From Nageia nagi (lineage: Eukaryota; Plantae; Pinophyta), in the NCBI GenBank assembly GCA_050084985.1, contig JBITNC010000001.1, positions 191,456,001 through 191,520,000 of the forward strand: a stretch of DNA of 64,000 nucleotides. Reading direction: 5' to 3'. The notes below the pieces were generated by a model, which had not been told where the DNA came from, ran no database searches, and saw only the letters and a list, made by a program, of their open reading frames with translations. How positions within the stretch are numbered: position 1 is the first letter of the stretch; each line of letters begins with the position of its first letter. The translations under genes were made by a program, and so were the position numbers. Positions 61,461 through 64,000 of the stretch are shown here, piece by piece.

Positions 61461-64000
61461 CATTTCAACGAGGCATAAATGTTTTATAAGAAGCTCATTT
61501 ATATTGTGTATCTTGAAAAATATGTTAGTCCTTTGATAGAGCAATGTTCATGTTAAATCCTTATTACATATATATAATCATTACTTGAAACATTTTAATT
61601 GCTTTTCATTTATAAATGTCATGAATGTTTTTATAAGAAAGTCATTTATGTTACGTGCCTATTCCAAATTTACATGAATTATAAAATAAAATGGATCTTT
61701 GAAATTAAGCCTTATTATAGACAAGACTTTTCACTTATATCATTAAAGAATTCCAATAATCAAATCTAGATAATAATTTTTAGTATTCGTATATACAAAA
61801 CATGGTCTAATTCCATCCAAAAAATTATTGGTATTTTTATGCTAGTTTTGACTTCTTGATTTCATGAGGAGATGAATAAACCTCACAACTCAAGTTGTAA
61901 AATATTATCGATTACCAACATTATTCTAAGTGTAATTAATAATATTATTATTGTACATGAATACAAAGCGATACTTATCTAGAAGAATCACGAAATCCAT
62001 GGTTGACAAAAGACTTATGCTATACATTAGTAATATGCAACCATAAGCCCTACATGTACAAAACATAACACCCCTCCAAACCATAAAAATTTATGGCAAG
62101 TGCTGAATGAACATGAAGTGTTTGAATAATTGTTGTACATTATTCTAAGTATCAACAACATGAACCCCACAACAAGAATTATCCTAATACCAACAAAAAT
62201 AAAATATTATTAAATATAAATCCTTTATTTTTTTATTATTTGAATTGAAATAAATTAACACAAATGGAGTTTCAGTATAAGGATATTGATTGTGGTAAAA
62301 CAATAGTCATATTAATGACCCATCACACTAACCTATTTTAAAACCTACATGGCTAGGGTGCATCAACTTGGATAAGATATAGTGATATAGTTTGATTTGT
62401 TACATAGAAGCTTGGGCTATACACTACATGGTTTTATTATGATCCATGGATACTTATACTAATAAGATGGTTTAACAGGTATCTTACTCATAGATTAACC
62501 AAACTGTATTTTCCTTAAACCTAGCTCTTCATGCGAATCAACAAGTAACCAAAATAAGCTCACTATAAAGAAAGGAAAAAAATTAAAACAATAAAATTAT
62601 ACTTATAAACAATATATAATGTACAAGATAGTTTTATTTATGGGGTGACTTTAGATGGGTTAGTCCATTGAGATTAAAAGAAGATATGTTACCATGAAAG
62701 CAAGATGGTTATCCCAACAATATTCTTGTTGATAGGATAATTTTGAAGCTCTTCTTTGGAGCCATAACAAATGTAGCCTCCTTCTACATTGCCAATCACA
62801 TGGGCTATCAACAAAAGAGAAGTTGCTACCACTCCAAGTTGGAATGTCTCATGACTTTCCTGTTAGCATTCATAACTAGAAAATGCAAATGCTTCACCTA
62901 AAACTAACCATACAAATATATAAGAAACTAATTTTATGTTGTGTGTCTTGAAAAACATATTGGTCCTTTAAAAGAGCAATGTTCATGCCAAATCCTTATT
63001 ACAAATATATAATCAATACTTGAAACATTTTAATTATTTTCCATTTATAAATGTCATGAATGTTTTTATAAGAAACTCATTTATGTTATGTGCCTAATGG
63101 GAAAACCAAATTTACATGAATTATATAATAAAATGGATCTTTTAAAGCCTCATAGACCAAACTTTCACTTATATTGCTAAAGAATTCCAATAACTAATTC
63201 TGGATAATAATTTTTAGTAGTTATATATATATATATAAAACATGGTCTAATTACACCTAAAGAATTATTTGTATTTTTATCTATGGATAGTAAAAAATTT
63301 GCATCAACCCATAAAGAAATTACTACATAGAATTTAAGCCCAAATGATTGATGCAAACATAGGAACAAGATAATAGAATGATTTCAAACAAAATGATTAT
63401 AAACCAAATTTCCATGAATTATATATTTGCATGGATCTTTGGAAGCCTTATAGACTAAACTTTTCACTTATAGCACTAAATAATTTTAATAATCAAATAT
63501 GGATAATATTTTTTAGTAGTTAAATATACAAAACATGTTCTAATTCCACCAAGAAAATTCTTGGTATTTTTATCCATCGACAATGCAAAAACTACATATT
63601 TGAAATCCTATAAACCATATTTTTCACTTCTATCTCTAAAGAATTCTAATAATCAAATTTAGATAATAATTTTAGTAGTTAATTATTAAAAACATGGTCT
63701 AATTCGTTGCAAAACCTATTGGAATGTATACTGCATTATTGTAAAGGTTTTGTAATGTTCTTCTTTGTAAATTCACTAATACTTAATGGTATCACTAGAT
63801 ACCTTAAGTATTTAAGTGAATATGATAATGTAAACTTGTCCTACACTCCATCTCACGAGCATGCCCCTTGGGTAAAAGGGAGTAGCATGTCATGCCTTTG
63901 TACAATGGTTAAAAGGGTGATCTAAAGAGAGATTTTGGCCTATAAATAGAAGGCATCCTCTTTGTGATCACTCACCAATTTGTGAAGCAAAGTTATGTTA

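Larger units (their letters stand above)
60790..63705. repeat. Mosaic of AT-rich local duplications
   Basis: ~61480-61840 recurs at ~62920-63285; ~60795-60922 recurs at ~63270-63398; catggtctaatt-type motif at ~61120, 61191, 61801, 63241, 63534 and 63693. Confidence 0.8.

Noticed and set aside
63706-64000. Possible start of another LTR (cctataaatag at ~63939)
   Set aside because: No TG start, second end or TSD is visible within the window.

Overview
Eukaryotic, plant-type DNA, most likely a gymnosperm (inferred from the very long TE-filled introns, PLS-class PPR remnants and TE families). The only intact host gene is the 5' part of a kanadaptin (SLC4A1AP-like, FHA domain) gene on the minus strand. 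It has 7 coding exons from ATG 51310 to 17793, all with GT-AG borders and consistent phases, and introns up to 14.9 kb; intron 7 is >17.7 kb and runs off the window. The introns are stacks of nested TEs: a non-autonomous Ty3/gypsy gag-protease element, a decayed Ty1/copia carrying four insertions, an hAT-type MITE, LINE remnants and eight solo-LTR-like units. The most unusual signal is a family of four giant solo-LTR-like units (2.3-7.5 kb) sharing a terminal hairpin; three have TGTTG...CAACA-type ends and near-perfect 5-bp TSDs, while the fourth has degenerate ends. Two of them carry, inside the unit, a TATA box and a homologous ~1,090-codon gene with no gag/pol features. That gene lies downstream of subfamily-specific repeat arrays: a 183-bp exact-period array in one, co-varying 50-bp palindromes in the other. 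The other two units lack the gene. Upstream of the host gene lie a decayed L1 and a mosaic of PPR pseudogene fragments and AT-rich duplications. All coordinates and alignments were made by eye.
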